Origin: Octopus sinensis
Lineage: Eukaryota
Direction: 5' to 3'
Assembly (NCBI RefSeq): GCF_006345805.1
Contig: NC_043002.1
Coordinates: forward strand, 104,780,001-104,844,000
DNA: 64,000 nt
Part shown: positions 25,601 through 40,235 of the stretch, piece by piece
Position numbering within the stretch: position 1 is the first letter of the stretch
Layout of the letters: every line of letters starts with the position of its first letter
Notes under the pieces: model-generated
The model's input: the letters and a program-made list of their open reading frames with translations, nothing else
What the model was told of the DNA's origin: nothing
Databases searched by the model: none
Program-made: the position numbers and the translations under genes

Positions 25601-27531
25601 GTGTGTGTGTGTGTATGTACATATATATGTACTTCTGATATGAGCGTGTGTACATGTGTGTATGTGTATGTAAATATATATATAATGTTTTTGCCTCTCT
25701 CGGCTGTATATCTTTTTGTTTGTGCTCAACCTCGTGTATCCCTGGAGCAGCAATCCACTCTTTTCTGCGAATGTTGCTAAAACTAATAATTCACAGAAAG
25801 AAACAAAGGAAGCAGAAAAAGACCAAGAACAATAATATGTATATGTATATATATATATGTGTGTGTGTGTGTCTGTGTCTGTGTGTTTGTGTGTGTGTGT
25901 GTGTGTGTTTGTGTGTTTGTGTGTGTATAGCAGAATAAGCAGAAGAAATTATTTTTCTCTGTGCTAAAACAAATTGAAAAACCGAAGGAATCTTGCACGG
26001 TTTGTAAGTAAAACTTAAAAACCTTCACATATTAGAAAGTAAGAAGAAAGCAAAAATGAGAAAAATATTCATTGTCAAGTGAAATTGTGGGGAAAAAAAG
26101 GAGAGAAATGCTGCAGAGTTTCATGATACTTTGTTGAAAAAAAAAAAAACAATACGACTGAGGGATGGGATAAGATTTATGAAGAATGAGGGGGAAAGAA
26201 GAAAAAAAAAGGAATCGAATAAAGAATGGTAAATGATAAATGCGATGAAATAATTATTACTTTTTGTTTTTTGAAAAAAAAATGTATTTCTCCAACAAGT
26301 GTTAAATATAAATGTAATATGAGTGAAACAGGAAATATGAGAAAACCTAGCATATTGTACAAGTCGAAAGTATATAACATAGGCATATATAAGTAAACAG
26401 TACCATTCGTCAGGCAAAACACATAAAGATATATGAAAAGAAACATAGATATGAAAAAGTGTAGATATATACGCACATATATAAGGTTTATGTGTGTGTG
26501 TGTGCGCGGGAATAATGTATGTATTGCATATATAAGGATTTTCGTGTGTATAAGTATACGTAAAGAGAAGGAAGGAGAGGGTGTGAGAGACAGCTGTATT
26601 GTTGACAGCAATTTAGGGGGAAATGCAAGAGAAAAGAATAGAAATGTGATATAGGAAGCGCAAAACAGGAAAGATGAAAGAAGTTAGTGTTTATGTTTGG
26701 GTGTATGTATCTATATGTTTATAGCTGTGAGTCTACGCAATGTGTGTGTGTTTGTGTGTGTGTGTGTGTGAAGGCGCATAGAAAATAAAATGAGTTTACG
26801 GTAGAAAAGAAACGGCAAAATATAAGGAAAATCTGGTAGAAATGAGGGAGATTGGCGATATTGCTGTGAGAATCAGTGGAAATAAACTGGGAAATATTGT
26901 GAAAAGAAAACAAAAACTGGTTTGCCTTGGAGATTATATGAAGTGAGCGTGTAAGAAAGACAGAGAGAGAGAGAGCGAGAGAGAGAGAGAGAGAGATTAT
27001 GACTAACATGTTAAAGCAAATGTTATACAAATGTATGCTCACATGCGTTCAGACGAACACATAAATGTGATAACGTTTGTATTTTCGCGTAATTCTTTAA
27101 GTCCTCACAATGGCCTTTCATGCTAGATTTCCGTGAATGTAGAAATATTAGCCATATAAGCACACAGGCTTCTCTATACAAACATACATACATTGAAATG
27201 TGTGTGAGTGTCGGTATGTGTGTGTGAGTGTATGTATAATGTATATGCTTATCTTGACGCTAAGCCGTCACATACCAAAAACATTTACAATGGAAGCTTG
27301 TCCCACACTTTTTCTAATACTTTTCTGTGCCTTTTCAAAAACCAGTAGACTTAGACACGCTTCCATCCTATCCTATACTGAGTAACATTCAGTAACTTAC
27401 CACAAGGCCAAGTGGGGACCGAAGCAGCTCCCTTTTTCACTTTCTCCTCTGTCTTCAGCATTTTCAGTTCACATTGTGGTAAAAACTAAACAAAAAATGA
27501 TAAAACTAAAGCTAAAAAAAATTCTTATTCA

Positions 27532-27572
<41 letters not shown>

Positions 27573-27584
27573 TTATTATTATTA

Positions 27585-27626
<42 letters not shown>

Positions 27627-27629
27627 TAT

Positions 27630-28110
27630 TGAGTAAGAAAGCAGCGCATGCCATCAAAGTGACACTGGGGTAAAATATACTAAGCCCATCATGACTACCC
27701 ATCTGATAAAGGTATACAAGGCCCATGGATCACAACCATATGTGCGCGACATGGTGATCTCATATCAAGATAAACAACATATGACCTTGCAGAATTTTCT
27801 CCTGGTCGAATAACCCATCCCTGAATAAGGGTTGTTTAGGGATGTTGAACGAACCACCCATGTTTCCAAAGGTGAAATATCAAAACCTACAAGAATTCCT
27901 TTCAACACATGGTTTTGATGCTCTCCCACTACTTCTGCTCGTGATCAGAGATGCACATATCTTCACCCATAAAGGGACATGGTCAACTGGTTAAGGTCAA
28001 ACAACTGACAAGCAAATCTGTGGTATTGAGCAGATGATAACATGATAACACTTCCAATCAGTTAAGATCAGAAGCCACGAGAGCCAATGTCTGGTACTGC
28101 ATCAGGGAAG
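27630..28110 (-). mobile_element. Non-coding ~500-bp element (family D) embedded in (TAA)n
   Basis: Homologous to 40683-41208, 44236-44695 and 50825-50942; (TTA)n on both sides. Confidence 0.8.
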
Positions 28111-28112
28111 TA

Positions 28113-28192
<80 letters not shown>

Positions 28193-28194
28193 CA

Positions 28195-28242
<48 letters not shown>

Positions 28243-28250
28243 TATTATTA

Positions 28251-28335
<85 letters not shown>

Positions 28336-28355
28336 CATTATTATTATTATTATTA

Positions 28356-28392
<37 letters not shown>

Positions 28393-28399
28393 TATTATT

Positions 28400-29686
28400 C
28401 AGTAGCTTTATTTTTATAGCGTGCTTTCACTTCACTACCGAGCGCAGCTCTGTGTGCCTTAGGTATGTGCTGTGATTTGTTGTGATGCTCTGATGGTTAT
28501 TGTATGGAAAGTGTTCTGCGTAGGATGTGTGCAGTGCCTAGTAGTGTAATTTTCTGTATGTTATATGTGTTTGTAAGTCCTGGTGTTTTTGTCATGTATT
28601 TGTCTGAATATTTTTTTTATCATGCCTAATGCACCTACTATGATGGGAATTGTTTCTGTTTTTAGATTCCACATTCTGGTTACCCAGGTCTTTGTATTTT
28701 GAAAGTTTCTCCATTTCTTTTAGAGACACGTTGTTATCGGCTGGTATTGATACGTCAATTAGAAAGCATTTTTTTTCTTCATGATCTCTGACAACTATAT
28801 CTGGTCTGTTGGCCTTAATTTCTCTATCTGTGTGTATCGGCATATTCCAGAGTATGGTTGCTTTCTCGTTTTCTGTGACCTTTTCAGGTGTGTGCCTATA
28901 CCATCTTTTTTCTGTTGTTATTCCATAATGTTGGCATAGCTTCCAATGTATGTAGGTTCCAACTCTGTCATGTCTGGGAATATATTCCTTCTTAGCCAGG
29001 ACTGGGCAGCCAGAGATAATATGATTTATTGTTTCTTGTCCATCTCCACATATTCTGCAGTTACTTGTTATATTTCTTTTCATTACATGTTTTTGGTAAT
29101 TCCTGGTGGGGAGATTTTGGTCTTGTGCTGCAATTAAAAATCCCTCTGTTTCTGCTTTGAGTCCTGAGCTTCTCAACCATTGCTGGAATTTTTCTTTGTC
29201 TATTTCTTTTGCGTTTAGTTTAGTCCAGTATTTACCATGAAGGGGCTTTTCTTGCCACCGTTTTATCATGGTTCGTTGCTGTTCTATTTTTAGTTTGGAT
29301 TTCATTTGTTTTATAGCTTTTGTTTTTTCTTTATCTTCTTCTTCTTCTTCTTCATATTTATTAGATGGCATGATTTCTTGTTTGTATTTGACAGCTTCCT
29401 TAAATACTGAGAACAGTTTTTTGTTTTGCTCGTGTTTTGCCGCTATTTGTATCAGTTTTCCTTCCTTCATAAGTAGATATTTTTGCAGTCCTATGGTGGT
29501 TATTTTATAGTAGTTTTCCAGTTGTATAAGGCCTCTACCACCTTCTATACGTTGTATATATTGTCTTTCTATGTCATATTTTGGGTGATGCATCCTAGAT
29601 CCTGTCATTATTTTTCTTGTTTTCCGATCTATTTTGGTCAGTTCATTTCGTGTCCAGTTAAGGATATTGTAGCTGTAACTTATAAC

Positions 29687-29687
<1 letters not shown>
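28400..29687 (-). mobile_element. 5'-truncated R4/Dong-like LINE in a (TAA)n tract
   Basis: ORF 28592-29608 has MHHPK, GGRGL, ETEGFLIAAQDQ, the CCHC finger CRICGDGQETINHIISGC, RHD, NRPD and LIDVSIP; flanked by (TTA)n. Confidence 0.95.
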
Positions 29688-29750
<63 letters not shown>

Positions 29751-29788
29751 TATTATTATTATTGATATTATCATCATCATCATTATTA

Positions 29789-29835
<47 letters not shown>

Positions 29836-29867
29836 ATTATTATTATTATTATATTATTATTATTATC

Positions 29868-29899
<32 letters not shown>

Positions 29900-29909
29900 C
29901 ATACTCTAC

Positions 29910-30045
29910 CGTGATCGATTTTGCCTTTCATCCTTTCAGGGGCGATAAAAGGAGTACCAGTTGAGTATTAGATCGACGTACTCGACTACAGCGTTCCCCA
30001 ACATTTCAAGCGTTGTGCTTATTGTAGAAAGTGTTAACATTATTA
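29910..30045 (+). mobile_element. SINE family B 3' half with (TTA)n-type tail
   Basis: TTTGCCTTTCATCCTTTC...AGTACCAGTTGAG...TTGTGCTTATTGTAGAAAG. Confidence 0.7.
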
Positions 30046-31739
30046 TTATTGTTGCTGTTGTTTTTGTTGTTTTTGTCGTTGTTGCTGTTGTTGCTGTTGT
30101 TATTGTTGGTGGTGTTTCCGCTGTTACTTTAAAATAACGACTGCAACCAAAACAAGTGCAGTACAACATAGCAAGCAATCTGAAAGTATCGTTCCTTCGC
30201 CGTTTGGCAAATTACCACTGTGAGCTTTTGTCTGATTTTCTTTCGATCTTATTCGATACTAGTGATGTGGCCGATATGATAAGTGTTGTTCCGTATACTA
30301 TGTAAGATCTACAAATCTTTCTCGTTGCGTCGTGCTTTTATTATCAACAATGATCTTGCACCGATTCTGATATTCCGTTTGCGTAATCTACATATACACA
30401 CAAGAATATATAGGCAGTAATATATATGTATATATACAAACACACACAACACACACACACACACACATACATATATAATATATATATATATATATATACA
30501 TATGTATATATATATATATTTATATATGGATATTATATATAGATATATATGATATGCATATATATATGTAATATATGTATATACCTTATATTTATACACA
30601 TGCGTACGTATATATGATTATATATATATATAATATATATATAATATATATATATATATACATATATATTATATATATATATATATATGTAATATATAAG
30701 GGCACTTACAGAAAGAAATGAGTATGTAAATCCATACGTAGATAATCTCCAAGTTGCCTACTCGAATGCTACATCCGTATCCGTTAATACTACGTTAGAT
30801 CTGTTTTCATCAAGGTAAACGGTAGAAAAATCGACGAATAAAATGTACTGGAACATGCCCGTGCAGTGGGAACGCAAGCTGGAGCTGGTAATTAAGTTTG
30901 CGCAAAGTAAGTAGAAAGATATTTCGTTCATTATCATGGTTATTACAATATATCGACATCTGTAACTGTTATCCGCACCTGAACTCCGGAGTCAGTTGTG
31001 ATATCTACAACATTTGTATGAATATATTGTATATACATATACATTATATACCTATATATATATATATATATATATAGGAGAGAAAGATATCTATATATAC
31101 GGATATACACTTAGTAATATGTATATATCAATATGTGTGTGTGTGAGCTTATGTGTTTGTATGAGTGTGTGTGTGTATGTGTGTGTTTGATCTCGTGCTT
31201 CTGTGTATGCGAATGTGTGTTCTTAACTAGAAGTTCCTTATCTTATATACTTCCAGCACAAGAATTATTCTAATAATAATACTATGCTCTACATAATACC
31301 ATATTCTTCGTATAATTTCGTTAAAGCATTATATTATTAGAGAAATTCTGCAATATTGGAAGAGCTGTGATTATGATGTCGAAGAACTGGAACTATTTGT
31401 GCATTAGATTTTCGAATATTTTAAGCACCCAAGTGGTACATGGGGCTGCGAGTTTGTTTCCATGTTGCTTTTTTAATTTATTTCTCTTTTTACGTTTCTT
31501 CATCTATTTTTCTCCCTCAAACATTTGATTGGAAAAAGTTCAATACTATGGATCAGGGCAAGTACGACCATTTCATATTTGAATTTGTATACATCAGATC
31601 CCATTGCATAGTATCGCGTGAAAGGTCATCTTACCCTTATTGAAAATCTGGTAGATCGAATCCAAGTGGTTGCAAGTTGGTAAACAAGTTTTAGAAGTCC
31701 TTCGATTTAAACTCTACTCTTATATACGGCTTCCTTTGT

Positions 31740-32200
31740 AAATTCACGAACTGCCTACAACCTATAACTTACTGACACTTAGGTCCTTATAACCACACCG
31801 GATATCCCTAATTAGAGTTAACTCCCTTGTATTACACCGTCGATCAACTATACGAACTTACAAACACGTGGAAGCCATGCTAATAAGCAACTACGAGACC
31901 TCAAATTCAACCAACTTCTATTCTTCATCTCCTTCACAATAGATTTAACGAACTATGAACCTAACTAAAATGTAAGACTTTCGAATCATTGAACATTTTC
32001 TTTTCCTATGTAGCTCACTAACTTTCGCTCTTTTCTCTATCTCTGACTTCTTCGTTCTGACGATGTCTACCATTGGCAACGAGGCAAACATATAAATATA
32101 TATTTCCCTCAACATTGTACACAAAAACGATCGTAAACTCAATCTCACTCTCACCTTCCTTAACTAATTGAATAATGACTTCCTAGCGCAAAAGACACAC
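31740..32200 (+). mobile_element. Possible Penelope-like 3' remnant
   Basis: KHVEAMLI resembles the end of a Penelope GIY-YIG domain, followed by a broken hammerhead-like CTGACGATGTC...GGCAAAC at ~32057-32089. Confidence 0.3.
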
Positions 32201-32735
32201 TTCTTATTGTTATTTTTCCTCCCTTTTCTTATCGTACATATATACATATATACATGCTATATGTCAGGGCAAATATGAACATGAGCATATTGTACGCACC
32301 AGAATTCCAGCAGCGCATATTGTGTTTAAAACGTTTTTATTACATTTAAGCTCCTGGGAGGCCGAAATTCGCATATAGGATGAGGCGTAACGTTTTGAGG
32401 AAACATTTTCAAAAGAAAAGAGTGCATCATATATACTATCAAATACTTGTAAAAATTCATGTATATTTCTGCAGGAATAGATAGCCATGTATGCACATAC
32501 TTATACTATACATAGAAACAAAGTACTCAATAAAATCTTACAGTTACTTTTCAGAGATTGTAATGCACTTTTGCTTATTTTTAATTCTTCAGTGCAAAAA
32601 TTCCACTTCATCAACCACTTGTTTGGAATTAATGACCTCCAGTGAAATTTCGACTGAATGGCCATATCATTATCTACAGGGATTTAACAGGCAAACAAAT
32701 AACAATGTAACAACATATATACGTGGATTTCTTTG

Positions 32736-32766
<31 letters not shown>

Positions 32767-33658
32767 CTTCACATATACATGTCTGTCTCCTTTTCTCCAT
32801 AACCCTCTGTCTCTCTCATACATAAATGTATGGACATACATGTGCGTGTAGGTATATAAGTGTATGTGGACGTATATATGTAGATGTATACATCTAGGAA
32901 AATGATTTCTGTAAACATTTCTATATGAATAGCTGGGAGCACATATTTATCTGGTCCAATGTTTTGTCTTGGTAAACATGTCAAACATCGATATTTGATA
33001 AGAAATTCTGTAGACTACCTGTGATCTTGGAAAATGCAATTATATGATCAAAGAGACCGATAGACGCTTCGACTTAACATTGTTAACCGGAGACGTGTTT
33101 TATCAATCAAAGCGATACATCAGATGTGACAGGCGATTAGAAATTTATTTTCCGTGTTTCGAAATTTCAAATTAAACTCAGTTTTTCTGTTTACGTAACA
33201 TATACACATAACGTTCTGAATCGAAGTGACGTCCTCCGGCGTCTTAACTGGAATCTGGTTATATATTATTCATTGACTAGCTTGTATTTAAGATATACAC
33301 ACACACATTCCACGCGCCATAACATATGAAAACACACACAATTACACTTATAAATATATGTACACAATATTATAACTGTAAGAAGGAGAGGAAATGAAAC
33401 ACCAAGCGATTGTTCTACCATACTGTGGAAACGGAGATAATTTCACAAAATCGAGGAAGGATAGGAAGAATATTCAAGAGAAACTTATTGGTGTTTTGTG
33501 GTTCTAATAATACATGTCACTGTCAATTGGAAGTTATTTCCTTTACTTTATTTCCGTTTTATTAATAAATACATACATGCAGATGGGCGTGTCTGATGTA
33601 TGTATGTATGTTTGTATATATATATATATACATATATACATACATATATACATATATG

Positions 33659-33703
<45 letters not shown>

Positions 33704-33834
33704 ATATATCTATATATATATATGAGAAGAAAACACACTGTCTCAGCAGCATTTTATTGATTGAGTGCATCCTGTAATTGATCTCACTCTCTCTCTCAGT
33801 CGCTCTCACTCGCCCTCATTCTTACCTCTCTCTC

Positions 33835-33867
<33 letters not shown>

Positions 33868-33894
33868 AGGTGTTATAATGTGTAATATATATAT

Positions 33895-33932
<38 letters not shown>

Positions 33933-34429
33933 ATTTATGTGTATGTACGAATGTTTGTATGTATTAAATATGCAGTTGAAATGTTCTTTTATGGTTACCA
34001 TTATCAGCCACATATGCTTAACGCATGAGACAGCTGCATTTGCTGTGAGCTGCGATATAGCGTTACAGAGTATACTCTCGCAAAGCGCTGGGTTTCAAAA
34101 CACCTGAAAAACACGGACAGGTGTGATTTGATGTGGGTACCTGTAATCTTACCTAGGACTGACGGACATCTATGTTTCGCTGTTTTGTGGATTGTCAATA
34201 TCGTGTATCGATCAGGACCTGAGACAAATCCTTTCCACAGTCCATGATGTATATGCTCACGGCGTGAAAACTAGGTGCAGGTATGTCTGCATGATGCATA
34301 CGCATGTATAAATTAGAATATAAAGTAAAAACAGCACTGGTGCAATGATCAGCGGTTTCCATCAGTCTTACATACGATTAGTCAACAGAACTTCGATGAG
34401 AAGTTCTGGAGTTAAAGAATGTGTAACTG

Positions 34430-34616
34430 TGTTTACTCCTTTGTTTCAGTCATTTGACTGTGGCCATGCGGGAGCACGACCATTAGTCGAGCAGATCGAC
34501 CCCAGGAATTATTTTTGGGATGTCTAGTACTTATTCTATTGGTCTCTTTTGCCGGACCGCTAAGTTACGGGGACGTAAACACACCAGCATCGGTTGTCAA
34601 GCCACTCCTACGCCTA
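34430..34616 (-). mobile_element. SINE family A with a large internal deletion
   Basis: The 3' half is joined directly to the first ~16 nt of the head (GCCACTCCTACGCCTA). Confidence 0.85.
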
Positions 34617-34629
34617 TATAAATTTTTAA

Positions 34630-34942
34630 TACTGGGTGTATCAACGGATTGCAATCCCATGAATGAGCAGCTGTACGCAACGTCCTCTTTGGTAGACGGA
34701 TTCATTATATGCATGATGTGAAGCGGCTTCCATATCGATTTCTTACTTGAGGGAACTCATGGCGATTCATATATATTCTATGTCGCAAAGAGAACCGATT
34801 AATCCAGTGGAACATATAACCATCCTGTGTGACCTGTGTTTCAAAACATGTTGATCAGCTGCGGAACTGAATAATTATCTGAGAGATCATACACGGAAAA
34901 TCAGAAATGCCATTGGAATCTGTGAATGTGGAACAATCGCCA
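34630..34942 (+). mobile_element. Degenerate RTE-clade LINE 3' fragment
   Basis: MHDVKRLPYRFL (like RMxDxRLPKxxL) and CDLCFKTC*SAAELNNYLRDH finger remnant. Confidence 0.5.
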
Positions 34943-35025
34943 TGTATGTATGTATGTATGTATGTATGTATGTATGTATGTATGTATGTATGTATATATG
35001 TATGTATGTATGTATGCATGCATGC

Positions 35026-35070
<45 letters not shown>

Positions 35071-35314
35071 GTATATGTATGTTGGTATGTATGTTTCATG
35101 TATATATGCATCTATGTATGCATCTGTATTCAATGTTTTATGTAGGAGGAACTGGGTAGCAGTATTTAGCAAGATTTGGGGTTTCATTATAATATAATAT
35201 TATTATTAGTCTCTAAGCTGATCGAGAGCTACTTTAACTTGTCGAAGCCTTACCACATCATTTATATATCTTTATATATATGACTGGCTCTGTAATGACG
35301 TCATGTGTATAATG

Positions 35315-35741
35315 TTTACTCTTTTTACTCTTTACTTATTTCAGTCATTTGACTGTGGCCATGCTGGAGCACCGCCTTCAGACGAGCAAATCGACCCCAG
35401 GACTTGTTTTTGTAAGCCTAGTACTTATTCTATCGGTCTCTTCTGCCGAACCGCTAATTTACAGGGGCGTAAACACCCCAGCATCGGTTCTCAAGCGATG
35501 TTGCAGAGACAAACACAGACACACAAACATCTATACACACACATGCACATATAATATATATATATATACATATATACAACGGGCTTCTTTCAGTTTCCGT
35601 GTACTAAATCCACTCACAAGGCTTTGGTCGGTCCGAGGCTATAGCAGAAGACACTTGCCCAAAGTGCCACGCAGTGGGACTGAACCCGGAACCATGTGGT
35701 TCGTAAGCAAGCTACTTACCACACAGCCACTCCTACGCCTA
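35315..35741 (-). mobile_element. tRNA-derived SINE family A, full length
   Basis: Reverse complement of the 12453-12863 family from head to tail. Confidence 0.93.
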
Positions 35742-36182
35742 TGTATATCAACTTCCTCAACTGGTTATCTAATTAAATTTTACAAAATGCTCTACGGTCT
35801 TCGTTCTTTGCGTATATATACCGAGAATTAGCGAGTGACCCAGAGAGTAAGCGTCATGTATGTATACGCGCGTGTGTCTGTATGTGTGTGCGTGTGTGTC
35901 TGTGTGCGCGTGTGTGTCTGTATGTGTGTATGTGTGTGTGTTTGCCTACATGACTTCTGCAGGTGTAAAGTTATACATTGTGTTGCCGTTATACGTTTTA
36001 TCTTTTCATTTCTTCTTTTCACATTATTTATATATTATATATGTTAATTTACGACTGTGCAAATGTTTTATGCTGTCCTATTTTTCTTATTCTCCTGAAC
36101 AGAGATTGTCGTTCGTGTTTTCAGAGCAAGCTTTGCTGTTATTTCGATTTGCTTTATGCTATTTATATATCAATATTACTAA

Positions 36183-36214
<32 letters not shown>

Positions 36215-36420
36215 ATTTTCTTTTTTTTTCTTTTTTTTTTTGCCTTCTATTTTCTGCTTAATTAAAACGTTGTCATTTGCTTTTATTTTCTTAAATTTGC
36301 ACGCAATGACGTCTCCACCAGCCATGCTGTATTTAAGAGAGAATTCGTTATTTTTACTCGCTGCCTTCACCTCATTCCCTCCCCCTCGTTCATTTTCGTT
36401 CGGCATCTTTCTTTTTCCCT

Positions 36421-36461
<41 letters not shown>

Positions 36462-36599
36462 CACCCTCTCTGCTCTACATCATTCATTGTCTCATATTTT
36501 CTTCATCTCATGTATTTATGCTCCTCTCTTCTATATCTCTGCTGTTGTATCGCTCTTTCTTGCCGTCACACTCTTTTTCTCTTTTTATATATGCATCTA

Positions 36600-36627
36600 T
36601 ATATGCTTGTATATATATATATATAAT

Positions 36628-36674
<47 letters not shown>

Positions 36675-36726
36675 GTGCATATACATACATACATAAATAC
36701 AATTATATATATAGAGTGAGAGAGAG

Positions 36727-36759
<33 letters not shown>

Positions 36760-36786
36760 TAGATGTAGATATAGATATAGATATAT

Positions 36787-36817
<31 letters not shown>

Positions 36818-36825
36818 TGTATATG

Positions 36826-36857
<32 letters not shown>

Positions 36858-36945
36858 AATACATATAGCTTATAACATAAATTGACAGACGGACATACAG
36901 ACAGACAGACAGACTGACAAACAGATAGATAGATAGATAGATAAT

Positions 36946-36991
<46 letters not shown>

Positions 36992-37034
36992 GGACAGATG
37001 GACAGATAGATAGATAGTTAGATAGATAGTTAGT

Positions 37035-37071
<37 letters not shown>

Positions 37072-37096
37072 GATAGATAGATAGATAGATAGATAG
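36600..37096. repeat. Compound (TA)n/(GATA)n/(GACA)n microsatellite
   Basis: Directly visible. Confidence 0.95.
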
Positions 37097-37792
37097 TTGC
37101 CTCTATTGCTCACGCTCATTCTCCTTCTTCCTTTCTATTTCACTCTATCTGCCAAGTAGTTCAACGCCCTCATTACCTCTAAAAACTATTTCTCTCGTTT
37201 CAAATATTTCCTCATCTCTTTTATTGTTGACTCGTTTTCCATTTCCTTCGTTTTCTTTTCCAAACTCTTGAGTCTCCTCACACCATATATCCTTATATTT
37301 GCTTCCATCTCTTCCAAACTCACCCTCCTCTTTTTCTCTCCGTCTCTCTGTCACTTTTTCCTCTAAATCTTTTTACCGTCACTCTCTTCGAATCCTGACA
37401 TTGTTCTTCTTTTTTTTTAATGAAATCTATCTCACCCTCTCACCCTGCTTGCTTCCCTCCCTGCCTCCCACTTTCTCTCTCTCTCTCTCTCTCACTCTCT
37501 CTCACTCTCTCTCTCGCTCGTTATATCTCTATATCTATATTTTACCTATCTGTATCTCAGATTCTCTCCGTTGTCCCCTTACATTTCTCTAGCTCACTCA
37601 TAGCCGTATATACATTCTCATTCTTTTCCTTTCGTTCGCTTTCTCCTCTACAAACTCCGACGTTTTGCCACTTTTCCCTTTCTCCAGGAATTATTACGAC
37701 TTATTTTCCTTTTCACATCATTTCTGTCATAATCTTTGACTTCTTCTTGTGAATATTCCGTCCCTTCTTTCCATGCTCCACCGTTCTTATAT

Positions 37793-37794
<2 letters not shown>

Positions 37795-37825
<31 letters not shown>

Positions 37826-38010
37826 CTCCTCCCAACATCGCTTGACAACCGATCCTGGTGTGTTTACGGCCACGTAACTTAGCGGTTCGGCAACAGAATC
37901 CGATAGAATAAGTAATAGCCTTACAAAGAATAAGTCCTGGGGTGGATTTGCTCGACTAAAGCGGTGCTCCAGCATGATCGCAGGGGAATGCATGAAACAA
38001 GCAAAAGAAA
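37795..38010 (+). mobile_element. SINE family A, 3' half only
   Basis: CAACATCGCTTGACAACCGAT...GGTGCTCCAGCATG...GAAACAAG. Confidence 0.88.
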
Positions 38011-38047
38011 AATTATATATATATGTAATATACATACATACGCATAC

Positions 38048-38105
<58 letters not shown>

Positions 38106-38113
38106 ATATATAC

Positions 38114-38148
<35 letters not shown>

Positions 38149-38347
38149 TGTATGTATGTGTGTATGTATGTATGTATGCATGTATGTATGTATGTATATA
38201 AGTCTCTCTGTTTATTGCCATTTCTTTCTCTGACTCTTGCAAATTATTTACACGTAGTCTTTCTCTGAATCTGTCTCTCTTCTTTCTGCCTCTCTTCTTT
38301 CGGCAATTTCTCATAATTTTGTTTTTCTTCAACAAATGTTACCCCCA

Positions 38348-38386
<39 letters not shown>

Positions 38387-38848
38387 AACTGCATATTCGT
38401 ATATATGTCTCTCCCTCTCTCTACCTGTATGATCTCTCAGCTATTCTTCTCTCTTTCACTCTCTCTCACTCTGCTGTAACTATCAAAAACCTGCATATTT
38501 CTTCATCTCACTCGCACAGTAAATGTCTCTCCTTCTCCCTCAATTTTACTGTAATTCCTCAACCTCTCCCTTTTTTTCTTTTCTTTTTGTATTTGTCTCC
38601 CAATGACTTTCTGTTAGTACATTCGAAAATGGACGCTTTCTGCACATTTTTAGAATTCCAACAGGATAATTGCGTTTTCAATATTTGAAATAACATTTAA
38701 ATTGATTTTTCTAATCTCAAGAGAGATGGCTTTGTCCACACCCACAGCCAATCATCTGTCAACAACGATGATGAGGATGATAATGATGATATGACGGGGT
38801 TGGGGATAACAACAACAACAACAACAACGACAACGATAATAATAATAA

Positions 38849-38894
<46 letters not shown>

Positions 38895-39323
38895 TTGGTA
38901 ATGTCAGTAATCATATTAATAATTAAGACAGTAAAAATGATGAAATGAATATTAAATAAGTAAATAATTTCAAAAAATATTCCACCAAAACTAGACATCG
39001 GCAATTCATCAGCAGATTATACAACCGCGTTTTCGGTTTTCTCATAATGACAATGAGGCTGATGAGGATAATGATGATGAAGACGATGATGAGGAAGGGG
39101 AAGAGGAGGGTATAAATTAATAATAATAATGGTACAAATAAGCCAATAAAATTTGATCCACCATTCACATTTGTGTAGATTTAAAAAATATCAGAATGAA
39201 ATGGCATAAATATATGTACGTACGTATACATGTACGTATGCATGCATTATGTATGTATGAATGTATGTATATAACTATATATGTATGCATGCATGTTTAT
39301 AAGTATGTATGTATGTATGTATG

Positions 39324-39360
<37 letters not shown>

Positions 39361-39362
<2 letters not shown>

Positions 39363-39760
39363 TTTACTCTTTTACTTGTTTCAGTCATTTCACTGCGGTC
39401 ATGCTGGAGCACCGCCTTTAGTCGAGCAAATTGACCCCGGGACTTATTCTTTGTAAGCCCAGTACTTATTCTATCGGTCTCTTATGCAGAACCGCTAAGT
39501 GACGGGGACGTAAACACACCAGCATCGGTTGTCAAGCAATGCTAGGGGGACAAACACACACACACAAATACACACACATACACATATATACATATATATA
39601 CATATATACGACAGGCTTCTTTCAGTTTCCGTCTACCAAATCCACTCACAAGGTATTGGTCGGCCCGGGGCTATAGCAGAAGACACTTGCCGAAGATGCC
39701 ACGCAGTGGGACTGAACCCGGAACCATGTGGTTTGTTAGCATGCTACTTACCACACAGCC
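39361..39760 (-). mobile_element. tRNA-derived SINE family A
   Basis: Closely matches the reverse complement of 14365-14832. Confidence 0.93.
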
Positions 39761-39774
39761 AATATATATATTAT

Positions 39775-40235
39775 CATTCAGTTTTCTTTCAAGATTTCTT
39801 GCCAATAGAAAAAGAACCGGTTTCTAACCTAGATCCAACGATCCTTCATTGGAGCTTGAACATCAACAACAGGGTACTTTTATTTGCATGCATGTATGTA
39901 TGTATATATGCATGCATGTATGTATGCGAGCATGTATGTATGTATGTACGCGTGTATGGATGCATGCGCTGATTGTATGTTTTATGTATTTATATATATA
40001 TATATATTCTGATGTATATAGTTACATATCTAAACATGCTCATATTTATTTAAATCATAAAGCTTCTGGAAAGTTTTACAGATTTTTACAGTTCCAGTGA
40101 TGGATTGGATTTGTAGTCTTCGAATAAGTTTTCTCTTTTCTAGTCCTGAGAAGCCCAATTTCTCAAGACTAGTATTTAGGCAGTGTGTGCTTGCATTTTA
40201 TTGAGGTCTTCTCTGATTCCACCTGCATTCCTTTT
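39775..40235 (+). repeat. Unclassified interspersed repeat, second copy
   Basis: Homologous to 18710-19132. Confidence 0.75.
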
